A stretch of 64,000 nucleotides of DNA from an uncultured Planctomycetota bacterium (lineage in GTDB: Bacteria; Planctomycetota; Planctomycetia; Isosphaerales; Isosphaeraceae). This document shows positions 9,301 to 21,337 of the stretch, one piece after another (the stretch's first letter is position 1; every line of letters starts with the position of its first letter). A program made the translations under genes and the position numbers. The stretch spans positions 5,568,001 to 5,632,000 of the forward strand of contig CAVTTN010000002.1 of NCBI GenBank assembly GCA_963737655.1, read 5' to 3'. The notes below the pieces were generated by a model. It did not search any database and was not told the DNA's origin. It saw nothing but the letters and a program-made list of their open reading frames with translations.

Positions 9301-10709
9301 GGGCCCTCGGTTCTCGCGATTGCTCATACGACTTGATGAATTCCAGGAAAGCCTCCTGTTGCGATGGCCCCCACGTCAGCGAGGCGACGATCCGGCCGAG
9401 GAGCTGCGAGTCCTCGGTCGTCATCGCGAGATCGGCCAGGGCGTGGAGGACGTTCGGCGGCTTGGGCTGGACCTGGCTCAGGCCGAAGTAGACGGCGTTG
9501 TACCGGGTGCCGTACCGGTCGGCCTCGGGCTTCGGGTCGGCCGCGTGGTACATGATCTCGACGGCGGCGGCTTGAGGCTGCCGGGGGGCGAAGGGCATGT
9601 TTTCCTTGCCGGGGACCGTCCTCCACATCCCGTAGCTCATCCACTGGAGGACCTTCGCCCGGTCGACGGAGGTCCGCCGCAGCCCCTTGCGGACGAGGGC
9701 GAAGTCGGCGTCGCCGAGCTCCCTCGGCTTGCTCACGATCCTCATCCCGGCCGAGTCCCAGGCGGCGTCGAGCGCCTTGCCGCCTTCGGGATCGTCGGGG
9801 AAGAACCCGTCGAAATCGGGGGGGTCGTAGCGATCGAGGCGGTTCCATGCGATCCTGGGCGACGGATCGGGCTTCGCCTTCGCCTCCTGGGCCGAGGGGC
9901 CGGCGCGGGCCGGGCCATCCGCGATCCCAGGACCATCCCGCCGACGACCATCGCCGAGACGATCGCGACGAGCCATCCCGGGACGGCCCGGCGGACGATC
10001 GCCGAGGCCAGGACGGCCTGGACGGCCCCTCGGGCGAGCGTCTCCGGGACGGTCATCCCCTCGGCCATCGCGGCGCCGAAGGCCATCGCCGCCGGCGCGA
10101 GGCCTCGGCGGGCCAGGCGGCCTCGGAGCCGGGCCCGGCCCCGGTTCAGGCGGCTCTTGACCGTCCCCACCGGGCATTTCAGGTGGCGGGCCGCCTCGTC
10201 CAGGCTGCGGCCTTCCAGGTCGCACAGGATGAGCGGCTGTCGGAATCGCTCGGGCAGGCGCTCGACCTCCTCATGGATCGCCGAATCGTCGACGAGGCGA
10301 GCGGGATCGACCGAGGCTTGCCCCCGCCTCGCCTCGCCGGCGTTCCTCTCCACGAGGGCTCGCCGATCGGCCGCCTCTTTGCGCGGATCGCCCGGCGGAA
10401 GGCGACGCGATGGAGCCAGGGGCCGACGGACTCGCGGACCCAGAGCGAGCGGCCCCGCCGGGCCAGGGTGGCGAACGTCTCCTGGAACGCGTCCTCGGCC
10501 GCATGCTCGTCGCGGAGGACGGCCCGGCAGGTCCTCAAGACCATCGCCCCGTGGCGATCGACCAGGGCGGAGAACGCCAGGTCGGCCGCCTCGCCCGGCC
10601 CCAGGGCGAAGCGTTCGAGCAACTGGCCGTCGGTCCTCCCGGCGACGGTCCCGCAATCCAGCAACGCCCGGAGCCCCCGGAGGCCCGTCCTCTCGGATCT
10701 CGCCAGCAT
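6359..10709 (-). CDS. ECF sigma-70 factor fused to TM, duplicated HEAT-repeat modules and PDZ/S41 peptidase (reconstructed across 4 frameshifts)
   Basis: Sigma2 (AFSALVDRHG..V...C...AEDAFQETF) and sigma4 (LPERFRQPLILCDLEG...GTVKSRLNRGR); TM; two YDPPDFD.FFPDDPEGG/HEAT modules; PDZ; S41 motifs LDLRGNSGG, TVSAGE, GLEPDV. Frame changes near 10378, 9926, 8645 and 6420; TAG at 6359-6361. Confidence 0.7.
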
Positions 10710-11037
10710 GCGCCTCGCCCCTTTCGCCGGGTGATCGCGGCCTGTTCCACCTGAACAACAAGGCGCGGGCCGCCCGACGGGTTCCCGATTTTCGCCGATC
10801 GCGGAACGGGTCGGTCGGGTCTCGGCGATTTGCTGAAGTCCCGCCGGCTTCGGGCCGATACTCAGAGCGACTGAATCCCCCCTCTCACTTCCTCCGCCAA
10901 CGGCTTGGCCCGGTCGTGGTCGTCGCGAGGTCGCGTCGCGATCGGAACTCCACGGATGGGGCGGCGTCGGCTTTCCAGCCCGGCGTCTTCTCGGACCGTC
11001 CACGTCCCGCTCCCTGTTGCCGCCGACGGAGGCCCCC

Positions 11038-11991
11038 ATGCTGCTCGATCGCTCCTCGCGCCCGCCGCGGACCGGAGTTCGCGCCCGCCTGGCCTATATC
11101 ACCCTGCTCGCCTCCACGGCCCTGCCCGCCTCGGCGCTGTCGGCCGACGGCGTCCCGTGGCGGACCGACTTCGCCGCCGCCCAGGCCGAGGCCCGGGCCC
11201 GCAACCTCCCTCTGTGGATCCAGTTTACCGGCCCGTGGTGCATCTACTGCAAGAAGATGGACTTCGAGACGTTCACCGACGGCGGCGTGGTCGGCCGAGC
11301 CCAGGGTCAGTTCATCCCGGTGAAGGTCCGGTCCGACGCGAGGGAAGACCTCGTGGCGTGGCTGGGCGTGGGCAGCCTGCCGACGACCGTCGTGCTCTCC
11401 CCCACCGGCTCGACGATCCTCGGCCGCCGCCAGGGGTTCGCCGGCCCCGACGAGTTCGCCGGGATCCTCGACGGCGCCTGGGCCGGGTTCACCAATTCGC
11501 CCGAGGCGCTGGCCCTCTCCGGGATGTGCCCGGTGAAGCTGGTCCAGGGCCAGGGCCGGGTCGCCGGCCGGGCCGACCTCGCCCTGTTCCACGACGGCAA
11601 GGTCTATCGATTCGCCGACGCATCGGCCCGGGACCTCTTCCTCAAGGACCCCGAAAAGTACCTCCCGGCCGACCACGGCCGATGCGTGGTGGCGAAGAAG
11701 GACAAGAACGCGTCCATCCCGGGCGACCCGAAGTTCGGCGCTTATTATAACGACCGCCTCTTCGTCTTCGCCGACGAGGACTCGCGGAAGAAGTTCGCGG
11801 CCGACCCGGAGAAATATAGCGGGATCGACATCGCCGAAAACGGCGAATGCCCGCACTGCCGGACCGTCGAGGGCAAGAAGGTCGCCGGCCGGAGGGAGTT
11901 CCCGATCACCCTCGGGGGCCGCCGCTACCTCTTCGCCGACGACGCCCACCGCCAGGCCTTCCGGCTCGCCCCGGAACGCTACCTGCGCTGA
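11038..11991 (+). CDS. Exported thioredoxin-fold protein with YHS-like domains
   Basis: Signal peptide; WCIYC; three YHS-like units ending DPEKY, DPEKY and APERY; additional CPHC. Confidence 0.8.
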   Translation: MLLDRSSRPPRTGVRARLAYITLLASTALPASALSADGVPWRTDFAAAQAEARARNLPLWIQFTGPWCIYCKKMDFETFTDGGVVGRAQGQFIPVKVRSDAREDLVAWLGVGSLPTTVVLSPTGSTILGRRQGFAGPDEFAGILDGAWAGFTNSPEALALSGMCPVKLVQGQGRVAGRADLALFHDGKVYRFADASARDLFLKDPEKYLPADHGRCVVAKKDKNASIPGDPKFGAYYNDRLFVFADEDSRKKFAADPEKYSGIDIAENGECPHCRTVEGKKVAGRREFPITLGGRRYLFADDAHRQAFRLAPERYLR

Positions 11992-12249
11992 GGTTCCCCG
12001 GCTCGACGCCCCGCCCCCCGCCTCGCCCGAATCCCCTCGGGTTGGGCGGGCGGGCGGGCGGGCCGGCCTTGCCCGGCTCGCCGAGGGGTGCCGATCCCTC
12101 GGGGGCCTCTCGATCCCCGGAGGAGGGGCTCTCCGGGCGAGGGATGGTCGCGGGCCCCCTCGCCGGGATCCGTCGCCCGGAGGCTCGCGACGCCCCGGGC
12201 CGTCCTCCGCTTCGGGCCGGCGGCTCCCGGGCCCGGAGTGAGGCGTTCT

Positions 12250-12335
12250 TCATTCATTTCGCCACATTAACTTTTTAAAAAAACTTAGACAATGGAATAC
12301 TGTGTTGACATGGTTGGACCATCGCGCTAAAGATG
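12250..12335 (+). promoter_or_regulatory. AT-rich promoter region with perfect sigma70 -35 box
   Basis: TTGACA at 12305-12310, TAAAGAT 17 bp downstream (weak -10), upstream TTTTTAAAAAAA tract (UP-element-like). Confidence 0.5.
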
Positions 12336-12558
12336 GCCGTTGCGCCTCAAAACATGGCGTCGCGTCAGGGAAGACGGCGCGGCTCGGTTGGGTCGAGGTG
12401 ATCGGCCGGCGGCGACCGGGAGGCGTCCGAGGCATCCGAAATTCTCCTCATCTCGGGGCCCGCCCGGGACGGGGGGAATGCGCGCCTCGACCGCCCCCTT
12501 GCCTCGTCGGAACCCTTCGCGAAAGGCCCCGCTCCAAGAGATCGGGAGTTCCAAAGGC

Positions 12559-13374
12559 ATGAGATTCCGAATTCTGGTCCCGCTAGCGATCCTAGCCCTC
12601 GGGGCTTTCTGCCCGCGAGCGAAGGCCGAGATCACCCTGGGGACCGCGGGGGACTTCGCGGTCCTCGCCGGCTCGACCGTGACAAACGCCGGCATGTCAC
12701 TCATCGACGGAGGGGATGTGGGAGTCGCCCCGGGGTCGGCGATCACGGGCTTTGGCCCGGGAACGCTGATGTCGCCGTACACGTTCCATTCGAATGACGC
12801 CGTCGCCCTCCAGGCCCAGGCGGACCTGACCACCGCGTACAACGCCGCGGCGGGCCTGGCCCCCACGCACGTCCTGACCGGCCAGGACCTCGGCGGGCTC
12901 ACCCTGCTGCCCGGGGTCTACTTCTTCTCGTCCACCGCCCAACTGACCGGGACGCTGACCCTGGACGACCAGGGCGACCCCAACGCGCAATTCGTCTTCC
13001 AGATCGGCACCACGCTGACGACGGCCAGCGGCTCCTCGGTCGTCACGGTCCACGGCGGTTCGATGCCGGGATGCTCGGTGTTCTGGCAGGTGGGCACCTC
13101 CGCGACGCTCGACACGGACACGGCGTTCGAGGGGCACATCCTGGCCGCCGCGAGCATCACGCTGAACCACGGCGCGACCATCCGGGACGGCAGCGCCCTG
13201 GCCGGCAGCGGCGCGGTCACGCTGGATACCAACAACATCACCAACTGCGTGCGGTCGGTGCCGGAGCCCGCGAGCTTGTCCCTGGTCCTCCTGGGCATCC
13301 CCCTCCTCGGGCGGCGGGCGCTCAAGGCGAGGCGTCGAGGGCGGCGGCTCGCGGACGAGGGCCGGAAGGAATAA
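12559..13374 (+). CDS. Ice-binding family protein (DUF3494) with PEP-CTERM sorting signal
   Basis: LGTAGDFAVLAGSTVTN, DLTTAYNAAAG, LGGLTLLPGVY, FVFQIGTTL, VFWQVGTSATL; C-terminal VPEPASL-TM-RR. Confidence 0.9.
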   Translation: MRFRILVPLAILALGAFCPRAKAEITLGTAGDFAVLAGSTVTNAGMSLIDGGDVGVAPGSAITGFGPGTLMSPYTFHSNDAVALQAQADLTTAYNAAAGLAPTHVLTGQDLGGLTLLPGVYFFSSTAQLTGTLTLDDQGDPNAQFVFQIGTTLTTASGSSVVTVHGGSMPGCSVFWQVGTSATLDTDTAFEGHILAAASITLNHGATIRDGSALAGSGAVTLDTNNITNCVRSVPEPASLSLVLLGIPLLGRRALKARRRGRRLADEGRKE

Positions 13375-13813
13375 GCCATTCCCCGGCGTCGTGGGCCTCG
13401 ACGAGGGCGACCTGGAGGGGTCGGCCCCCGACCCAGGTCGAGGGTTGTCCCTCGCATCCCAATCGAGAAACGGCCGTCGAGGGCGCAATCCGTCCTCGTC
13501 GGTCGTTTTTCGGTTGAAATTTTTGCAGAGGGGCGACTATGCTCGATCCGGTCAGGATCTTGCGCTCACGATCGTCAGGCAAGGGAATGCGACCTCGTTG
13601 ATCTGAGGGAAGAGGGCGAACGGCGTCGCCCGCGATTGTCTCGCCCCCTCGTCCCCTCTCCCGTTCGGTCGCATCCCCCCGGCCTTACTTTCGAGACGCT
13701 CCGCACCCAGGCCGCCTTGCCCTCGGCCCGAGGACTGCCCGGATGGCGGTCCGCTCGGGACCATCCTCCGAGGCCGGGCGGCGCGGCCCCCGAGACTCAG
13801 GAGATGAGCCCCG

Positions 13814-16800
13814 ATGACCGTGCGCTGGAAGCCCTTGATCGTCCTCTCCGGGTTGTTCCTGGTCGTTGCCGTGATGGGCCTGTTCGCCATCACGTACGTC
13901 CTCATGCCCGGCCGGGCCGAGGACGTCTTGCCCCGGGCCCGCGCCGACGCCCAGGCCAAGAAGTATGATCACGCCCTGATCCAGTATCGCCGGGCCCTCC
14001 AGCGCGACCCGAAGAACGTCGAGATCCACGAGGAGCTCGCCGACCTGCTCGGCCGGTGGATGCGCGAGTCCCCCAAGGAGCTCGCCACGCTCCGCCCCCA
14101 GTGGCTCCACGAGATGACCGACGCGGCGAAATATGGCAAGGGCCGACCCGGGCCGAGGAAGGCGCTGCTGGCCGACGCCCTGGCCCACGAGGACATCAAT
14201 GAGGCCCTCCGCTGGGCCGACGAGCTCCTGCCCCTGGAGGCCAAGGACGCCGACGCCCGGTACGTCAAGGCGATCGAGGCCCTGGACCGCAAGCCGAGCG
14301 ACCTGACCGAGGCGAAGAAGCACCTGGAAGTCCTGGCCGAGGCCGAGCCCGACCGGCTCCGGACGCTGTGGGTCCGCGCCGGGTGGCCCGCGAGGCCGGC
14401 GACGAGGCGACGCTCGCGGCCGTCCTGGGCCAGGCCCGCTCGACGTCCCTGGGCGTCGAGGCCCCGGCCTCCGAGAGGGTCGCCAAGCTGAGGATGGGCC
14501 TGGTGGACATCGAGAGGGCCAGGGACGCCCAGGCGCTGGCCTCGCTCGTCGCCGAGTTCGCCAAGGGGGCGCAGAACGTCGCCGCCGAGGCCGAGGCCGC
14601 CCCGGCCCGGGTCCGCCTGCTCAGCTCCTTGCTGGAGCAGGTCCAGAAACGGCTGACGACCCTCGGCGCCGCCGACCCCGTCGCCAAGAAGGAGGCCGCC
14701 GCCCTGGCCGACTCGCTGGAATCGGTCGCCGAGGCGATCTATACCCGGGCCATCGAAGTCACCGGCGCCAATGACCTCCGGCCCCACCTCGCCTACGCCG
14801 AGCACCTGGTCTTCCGCGACGGGCCGAAGAAGGCCCTGGAGGTCGCCTCGACGGCCTTGAAGCTGAAGATCGCCGCCCTGCCGGCCTGGGACAACGTCGC
14901 CACCGGCCTCCGGGACGTCGCCATCCGTGCCGCCCTGGCGCAGACCGACGACCCCGCCCGGTTCGACCGGGCCGTGCCGTTCGTCAAGGAGCTGATCGCC
15001 TCGGCGAACCCGCGGGCCTCGGGCATCGGCCACCTGTACAAGGGGCTGATCGCCCTGGAGAGGTCCGGGATGCTCTCGGCCGCCGCCGGGGCCGACGGGC
15101 CGGGGACGGCCTCCTCGGTCGACTCGAAGGCCGGCGAGGAGGCCGCCGCCGAGCTCAAGCTGGCCGCCGCCGCCCTGCCCGACGCCGCCACGGCCCAGGC
15201 CCTCTACGGCGTCAGCCTGATCCTCACCGGCGAGGCGAACCTCGGCCGCCAGTACCTCCAGGCCGCCCAGAAGCTCGGCGGAGAGGGGCTGGAGCCTCGC
15301 TATCAGGTCTTCGCCGCCTGGTCGATCCTCCAGGCCGGCTATCCCGAGGATGCCGCCCCGATCGTCGCCCGGATGATCGCCTCGGCCGAGAGCGGCGGGC
15401 TGCCCCGCGACTTCGCCCCGACCCTCCACCTGCTGATGGGCGAGATCCTCCAGGCCCGCCGCCAGCTCCGCCCGGCGCGGGCCGAGTTCGAGAAGGCCCT
15501 GGCCTCCGGCCAGGCCATGACCCCGGCCTTGCAGGTCCGCCTCGCCCAGATCGACTTCCAGCTCGGCGAGAACGACAAGGGGATGGCCCGGATCGAGGGC
15601 CTCAAAAACGACCCGAAGGCCGGGCCCACCGCCGAGAGGATCGCCGTCCAGGCCCTCAACGAGAGGAACAAGCTGGCCGAGGCCCGGGCCCGGATCGACC
15701 AGGCCCGGGCCCGGTTCCCCGACAGCGACGAGCTGGCCGAGCTCGACGCCGCCATGCACCTGGCCTCCGGCAAGCCCGAGGCGGCCGACGCCCTCCTCCG
15801 CGACTACCTGGCCAAACACCCCAAGAGCGAGGAGATCGCCCTGGTCCGCGCCCGGGTCCTCTCGGGTCCGCTGAAGAAGCCGGACGAGGCGCGCAAGATC
15901 CTCGCCGACCTGGCCGAGACGGCGAAGACCTCCGCCCCCCTGGTCCAGCTCGCCCTCCTGGACATGAACCGCCGAGATCTCGAAGGCGCCTCCAAGACGA
16001 TCGCCCGGATCCGGGCCCGATGGAAGGAGGCCGCCTCGGCCGACCTGCTCGACGCCCAGCTCGCCCTGGCGAGCGAGAACCCCCAGGGCGCGGCCACCGC
16101 CCTGGACGCCGCCCTGAAGAAAGACCCGAACAACAAGGTCGCCCTGTTCTGGAAGGCCATGATCGACGAGCGCTCGGGCGCCTCGGCGAAGGCGGCCCAG
16201 GTGTACGAGTCGATCCTCAAGGACCAGCCGGTCAAGGAGATCGACAACGGCCTGTCGCTGACGACCGCCGCCCGGCTCGCCCTGGCCGACATGGCGTTGC
16301 AGAACCAGGACGTCGATGGCGCGATCAGCCGGTTCCAGGGCATCCTCAAGGGAGGCGCCGGCGAGATGGATCGCGCCGTCCGCTGGAAGCTGATCGCGGC
16401 GATGGCCGCCAAGGGCCAGGACGCCCAGGCCCGGGCCGAGGTCGCCAGGCTCGTGGCCAGCCCCGCGACCTCGGCCGAGGACCGGGTCCAGGCCGCCGAG
16501 TTCTTCCGCCGCCAGGGAGACGACGCCTCCGGGCTCGCCCAGCTGGACCTCGCCCTGAAGAAGGACCCCGCCAACACCGGCGCCGTCGCCTACAAGGCGA
16601 TGATGCTCGCCTCCAAGGATAAGGCGGCCGACGCCTCCGCGTTGATCCGCAAGGCGATGGCCGCCTCGGCCCAGCCGGCGAACATGGATCTGATGCTCGC
16701 CGCCCTGGAGAACCTCGCCCCCGGCCCCGACAACCTCGATCGCGCCCTGGGAGCCCTCTCCGACGGCCTGAAGAAGCATCCCGAGTCCGTCGAGCTCGTC

Positions 16801-18396
16801 CAGGCGAAGTATCAGGTGCTCAAGCTCAAGGGAGACAAGGGGGCCGTCGCCTTCGTCCAGGAGACGGCCCGGGGAGACGCCCGACCGGCCATGAAACGGC
16901 TCCTGGCCGAGGTCTACCGCTCCGAGCGCCGCCTGGAAGAGGCCGAGACGGTCGTCCGCGACCTGCTGAAGGAAAGCCCGAAGGACAACAAGATGGCCGC
17001 CGTCCTCGTCGGCCTGGTCGCCGCCCGGGCCCAGGAGGCCGCCGACTCGGGCGATCGCCCCGCCGAGAAGACCCTGAACGCCCGGACCGCCGAGCTGATC
17101 CGCGGGTTCCGCGAGCAGTTCCCCAACGACCCGAGCTTCCCCCAGGCCGACTGCGAGCTCGCGGCCCGATCCGGCGACCTGGCCAGGGCCAAGAGGATCG
17201 CCGCGGAGGTCAGCGAGATGGACCCGACCTCGCCGATCGGCCCCCTGCTCCGCGCCCGGCTCTTCGCCGCCGAGGGGCGGACCGAGGAGGTCGCCCGGTC
17301 GTATGACGAGGCCCTCGCCCGGAGCCCCCGGAGGACCGACATCCGCCTGGCCCTGGCCCAGGCGGACCTCGCCCTGGGCAAGTCCGACGAGGCCCTGAAG
17401 CAGACCAAGTACGTCCTGGACGCCGACCGCGACCAGCCCACCGCCCTCCTCCTGAAGGCCCAGGCCCTGGCCTCCCGGGAAGGCACCCCGGCCGACGTCG
17501 CCAAACGCCGGGCCGAGGCCGAGAAGACCCTCCGGGACGCCATCGCCGCCCAGCCCAAGTTCGTCGAGGCCTACCACCTCCTCGCCGAGCTCCGCATGGG
17601 CGACCGCGACCGCAAGGGGGCCGTCGATCTCCTGATGCAGGCCCTCAAGATCATCCCCAATGACGATACCGGGCTCGCCCAGGTGATCCAGTACCTCTGC
17701 TCGGCCTCCGCCCCCGGCCAGCCGGCCCCTCGGGCCGACGTCCAGAAGGCCATGGACCTGGCCGAGCAGTTCGGCGCCAAGGACGAGCGGGGCGTCTTCG
17801 CCCTGGCCCTGGCCGTCGGCTTCTCCCGGTCCGGCCAGGTCGACCTGGCCCTGCCCTGGGCCGAGAAGGCCGCCCAGAAGATCGACCGGCCGATCGTCCA
17901 CATGACCTGCGGCGATATCCTCCTGGCCAAGGCCGAGGCCACCACCGTCGAGGCCGACGCCAAGGAGGTCTTCAAGAAGGCCGTCGAGCAATACGACGCC
18001 GTCTTGAAGCAGCAGGCCAACGCCGTCGAGGCCATCAACAACAAGGCGTGGATCCTCCACCGCTACCTCGGCCGGCACGCCGACGCCCTCCTCGTCGCCG
18101 AGGACCTGGTCAAGCGGTCCGACCCGTCCACCCTGCCGGCCGAGTTCTACGACACCCTGGGCTCGATCCAGGAAGCCGTGGGCAAGCCGAAGCTGGCCGA
18201 GGACTCCTACACCCAGGGCCTCCGCAAGGCCCCCAACGGGCCGATGCTCAATTTCCACCTCGGCCGCCTCCTCGCCGCCGACCCGTCGCGAGGAGGCGCC
18301 GCGGCCCGTCACCTGGAGGCCGCCCGGTCCTCCGGCCGGCTCTCCAAGGCCGACGCCGCCTCGGTCGAGACGCTCCTGAAGGAAATCCGCCGATAG
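13814..18396 (+). CDS. Giant N-anchored tetratricopeptide-repeat protein (frameshift near 14385)
   Basis: N-terminal TM in ORF 13814; continuous TPR units (ALQRDPKN, ALKKDPNN, AINNKAWIL, YDTLGSI) continuing in ORF 14368..18396. Confidence 0.85.
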
Positions 18397-18423
18397 AGCG
18401 GTTCTCGGTCGGATGTCGCCCCC

Positions 18424-18482
18424 GTAGGGCAGGCCTCGGCCTGCCGTCTTCGCGGGGCTCGGCAGGCCTCGGCAGGCCCTAC
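18424..18482. repeat. REPIN (family A, GTAGGGCAGGCCTCGGCCTGCC), second arm degenerate
   Basis: Exact 22-mer at 18424-18445; inverted degenerate arm 18461-18482 ending CTAC. Confidence 0.85.
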
Positions 18483-18516
18483 GAGAACCGCTCCAGCGGG
18501 CCGTCCATCCCGCCTC

Positions 18517-18558
18517 CTCGGGTGGCATGCTTACGTCTTCTTGAGCATGCCACCCGAG
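18517..18558. repeat. Perfect 15-bp stem-loop (REP-like or terminator-like)
   Basis: CTCGGGTGGCATGCT ... AGCATGCCACCCGAG downstream of the TPR gene. Confidence 0.6.
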
Positions 18559-19109
18559 ATTCACCTAGCGCAATTCCGGGCCGCCGGGCGATGCGGGTTT
18601 TTTTTGGCGAATTCGGGCGTCCCCGAGCGTTTCGCGAGGCGTTGGCTGCATCGTCGTCCCTCCGGGTGGGACCGGACGTGCAACCCGTGCAACTGGCGAC
18701 CTGGCGGGGCGGGGTCGTCGAAGGTCTTCCTCGAAACAACTGGCAATCTAGGCAAATTAAGCCGATCTTCGGGCCGACGCGCCGGGTGTTTTTCGAATTT
18801 CGGGGGAAGAGTCTTGCTAATAAAGCCACATGGTGCTTGTAATCGAGGCGTCTTGGACTGAGCGTAGTTCGATCTCTCCACGGGTTGATGGGCCGTGGGG
18901 AGTTTGGACGCGGTTGGTCGATGGACGTCCCGGCCGGGCGTCGCGATGGCGCGGCGCCCCTCGAAAGGCTCCCGCCCGCGGAGGACCGATCCCGATCGAG
19001 GTCATCTCGTCTGGCTCGCCGGGCGGATGGCCGTGGGGATCGCCGTCGCGGAAGGCGAGGGCCCGAGGCCCCTGGCTTCTCCCTCCCGGTCTCTCGATGA
19101 CGACCCGCG

Positions 19110-21115
19110 ATGATAAGCCACCACTCCCGCCCGATCCGCCTGCTCCTGATCGAGGACAATGCCACCGACGCCCAGTTGCTGGCCGACACGCTCGGGCACC
19201 TCGCCCCGGGCGGGTTCGCCCTGACTCGCGCCGAGACGCTCGCCCAGGCCGTCGATCGGCTGAAGGCGGGCGGCCTGGACGTGGTCCTCCTCGACCTGGA
19301 CCTCCGCGACAGCCGAGGGGCTCGACACCTTCCGTCGGGTCCGCGATCGGGCCGACCGCGTCCCGATCATCGTCCTCTCGGGCCAGGCCGACGAGGCCCT
19401 GGCCGTCGAGGCCGTCAAGCAAGGGGCGCAGGACTACCTGGTCAAGGGCCAGGTCCTGCCCCGGGCCCTGATCCGCTCGGTCCGCTACGCGCTGGAGCGG
19501 AAGCAGGCCGAGGAGGACCTGAAGCGGGCCAAGGCCCAGGCCGAGGCCGCCAGCCGGGCCAAGAGCACCTTCCTGGCCACCGTCAGCCACGAGGTCCGCA
19601 CGCCGATGAACGGCGTGATCGGCATGGCCGAGCTGCTCCTGGGCTCGGTCCTGGACCGGGCCCAGAGGGAATACGCCCTGGCCATCCGGTCCAGCGGCGA
19701 GGCCCTGCTGAAGGTCCTCGACGACGTCCTGGACCTCTCGCGGATCGAGGCCGGGCGGCTGGCCATCGAGCCGGCCGAGTTCGACCTCGGGGCCGTCCTG
19801 GAGGAGGTCACCGACTTGCTGGCCCCCGGGGCCCAGGCCAAGGGGCTGGCCATCGCCTGCGTGGTCCCGGCCGAGATGCCGGAGCGGCTCGTCGGCGACG
19901 CCGCGCGGGTCCGCCAGATCCTGCTCAACCTCGTCGGCAACGCCGTGAAGTTCACCGAGGCCGGCGAGGTCGTCCTGGAGGCCGAGGCTCGACGACGCCC
20001 CGGGGCCGTCCCTGGCCGTGGCCCTGACCGTCCGCGACACCGGCATCGGCATCCCCGGCGAGTTCCACGGCGCGATCTTCGAGAGCTTCACCCAGGTCGA
20101 TGGCGGCCCGGCGAGGAAGTACGGGGGGGTCGGCCTGGGCCTGGCGATCAGCCGGGACCTGGCGCGATTGCTCGGCGGGCGGATCTCGGTGGAGAGCCGC
20201 CCGGGCTCGGGCAGCGCGTTCCGGCTGGACCTGGAGTTCGGCCGGGCCGATCCGCGCCCCCCGGTCGAGTCGGCCCCGCCCCCCCTGCCCCGCGGCCTGC
20301 GAGTCCTGGCCGTGGGCCGGGCCGACTCCGGCCGCCGCGCCCTGATCGAGCACCTCCGGGCCCTGGGCTGCCGACCCGAGCCGGCCGGCTCGATCGACGA
20401 GGCCCGGGCCTCGGCCCGCTCCGCCCCCCCGGGCGACCCGTTCCGCCTGGCGATCGTCGAGGCCGAGTCCCCGGCCGCCGGCCTGGCGGACATGGCCCAG
20501 GTCCTCCTCCGGTCGTCGCGGGTCCAGCGCGATCGGGCCGAGCCCCGCGACGGCTCGAGCGGCGACGCCCCCGAGCTCGCCAAGCCGGTCCGCCGGGCCG
20601 CCCTGCTCGACGCCATGACCCGGGCCCTCCGCCCGCCTCGGCCCGCCCCGGCCGCGACCCCGCCGAACCTCCCCGCCTCGCCCGTCCCCTGGCCCAGCCT
20701 GGGCTTGCGCATCCTCGTCGCCGAGGACTTCGAGACCAACCGCGTCGTCGCCGTCAAGATGCTCGAGCTCCTCGGCTGCCGGGTCGATGCCGTGGTCAAC
20801 GGCGAACAGGCCGTCTCCGCCGCCGACGCCGTCCTCTATGACGCCGTCCTGATGGACCTGGAGATGCCCGTCATGGACGGCCTGACCGCCACCACCACCA
20901 TCCGCAAGGCCGACCTCCTCCGAGGGCGACGCACGCCCATCCTCGCCTTCACCGCCCACGCCCTGGAGACCGACCGCCAGCGATGCCTGGCCGCCGGGAT
21001 GGACGGCTACCTCGCCAAGCCCGTCCGCCTCCGAGACCTCTTCGACGCCCTCCAGCGCCTGACCTCCAGCCGATCGGCCGGCAAGCTCGCCTCCATGCTC
21101 GAGACCGCCGGATAG
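19110..21115 (+). CDS. Cytoplasmic hybrid histidine kinase REC-HisKA-HATPase-(degenerate REC)-REC (frameshifts near 19320 and 20000)
   Basis: LLLIEDN...LLDLDL receiver; [15 protein letters not shown]-box; [15 protein letters not shown]-box; DTGIGI and [10 protein letters not shown]-boxes; terminal ILVAED...[11 protein letters not shown]...KP receiver. No TM seen. Confidence 0.85.
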
Positions 21116-21337
21116 GTCAGTCTGCGCCCCAGGCTCCACTCCTTCCCGGAGGAGAATTCTTCGGAAGTGTTCTGGGCGGCATGGGTTCCGAAGACGGAAC
21201 CCGAGGGCCGTCCCTCGCGGGTTCCCGAAGACGAAACCCGTGCCACCCGGCATCCTTCCGGCCGAGGCCTCCGGAGGAGGAAACGGCCCGCCCCCCCGAT
21301 TGTGTCGCGACCGCCCGGCGGCTAAACTAGCGTTCCT

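Noticed and set aside
8183..11323. 1046-aa plus-strand ORF
   Set aside because: Arg/Pro/Gly-rich shadow of the sigma-HEAT gene.
11992..12245. GC-rich hairpin-prone stretch as ncRNA or riboswitch
   Set aside because: No recognisable conserved motif; pairing is expected at this GC level. An Rfam search would be needed.
13969..18564. 1531-aa minus-strand ORF
   Set aside because: Antisense shadow of the TPR gene.
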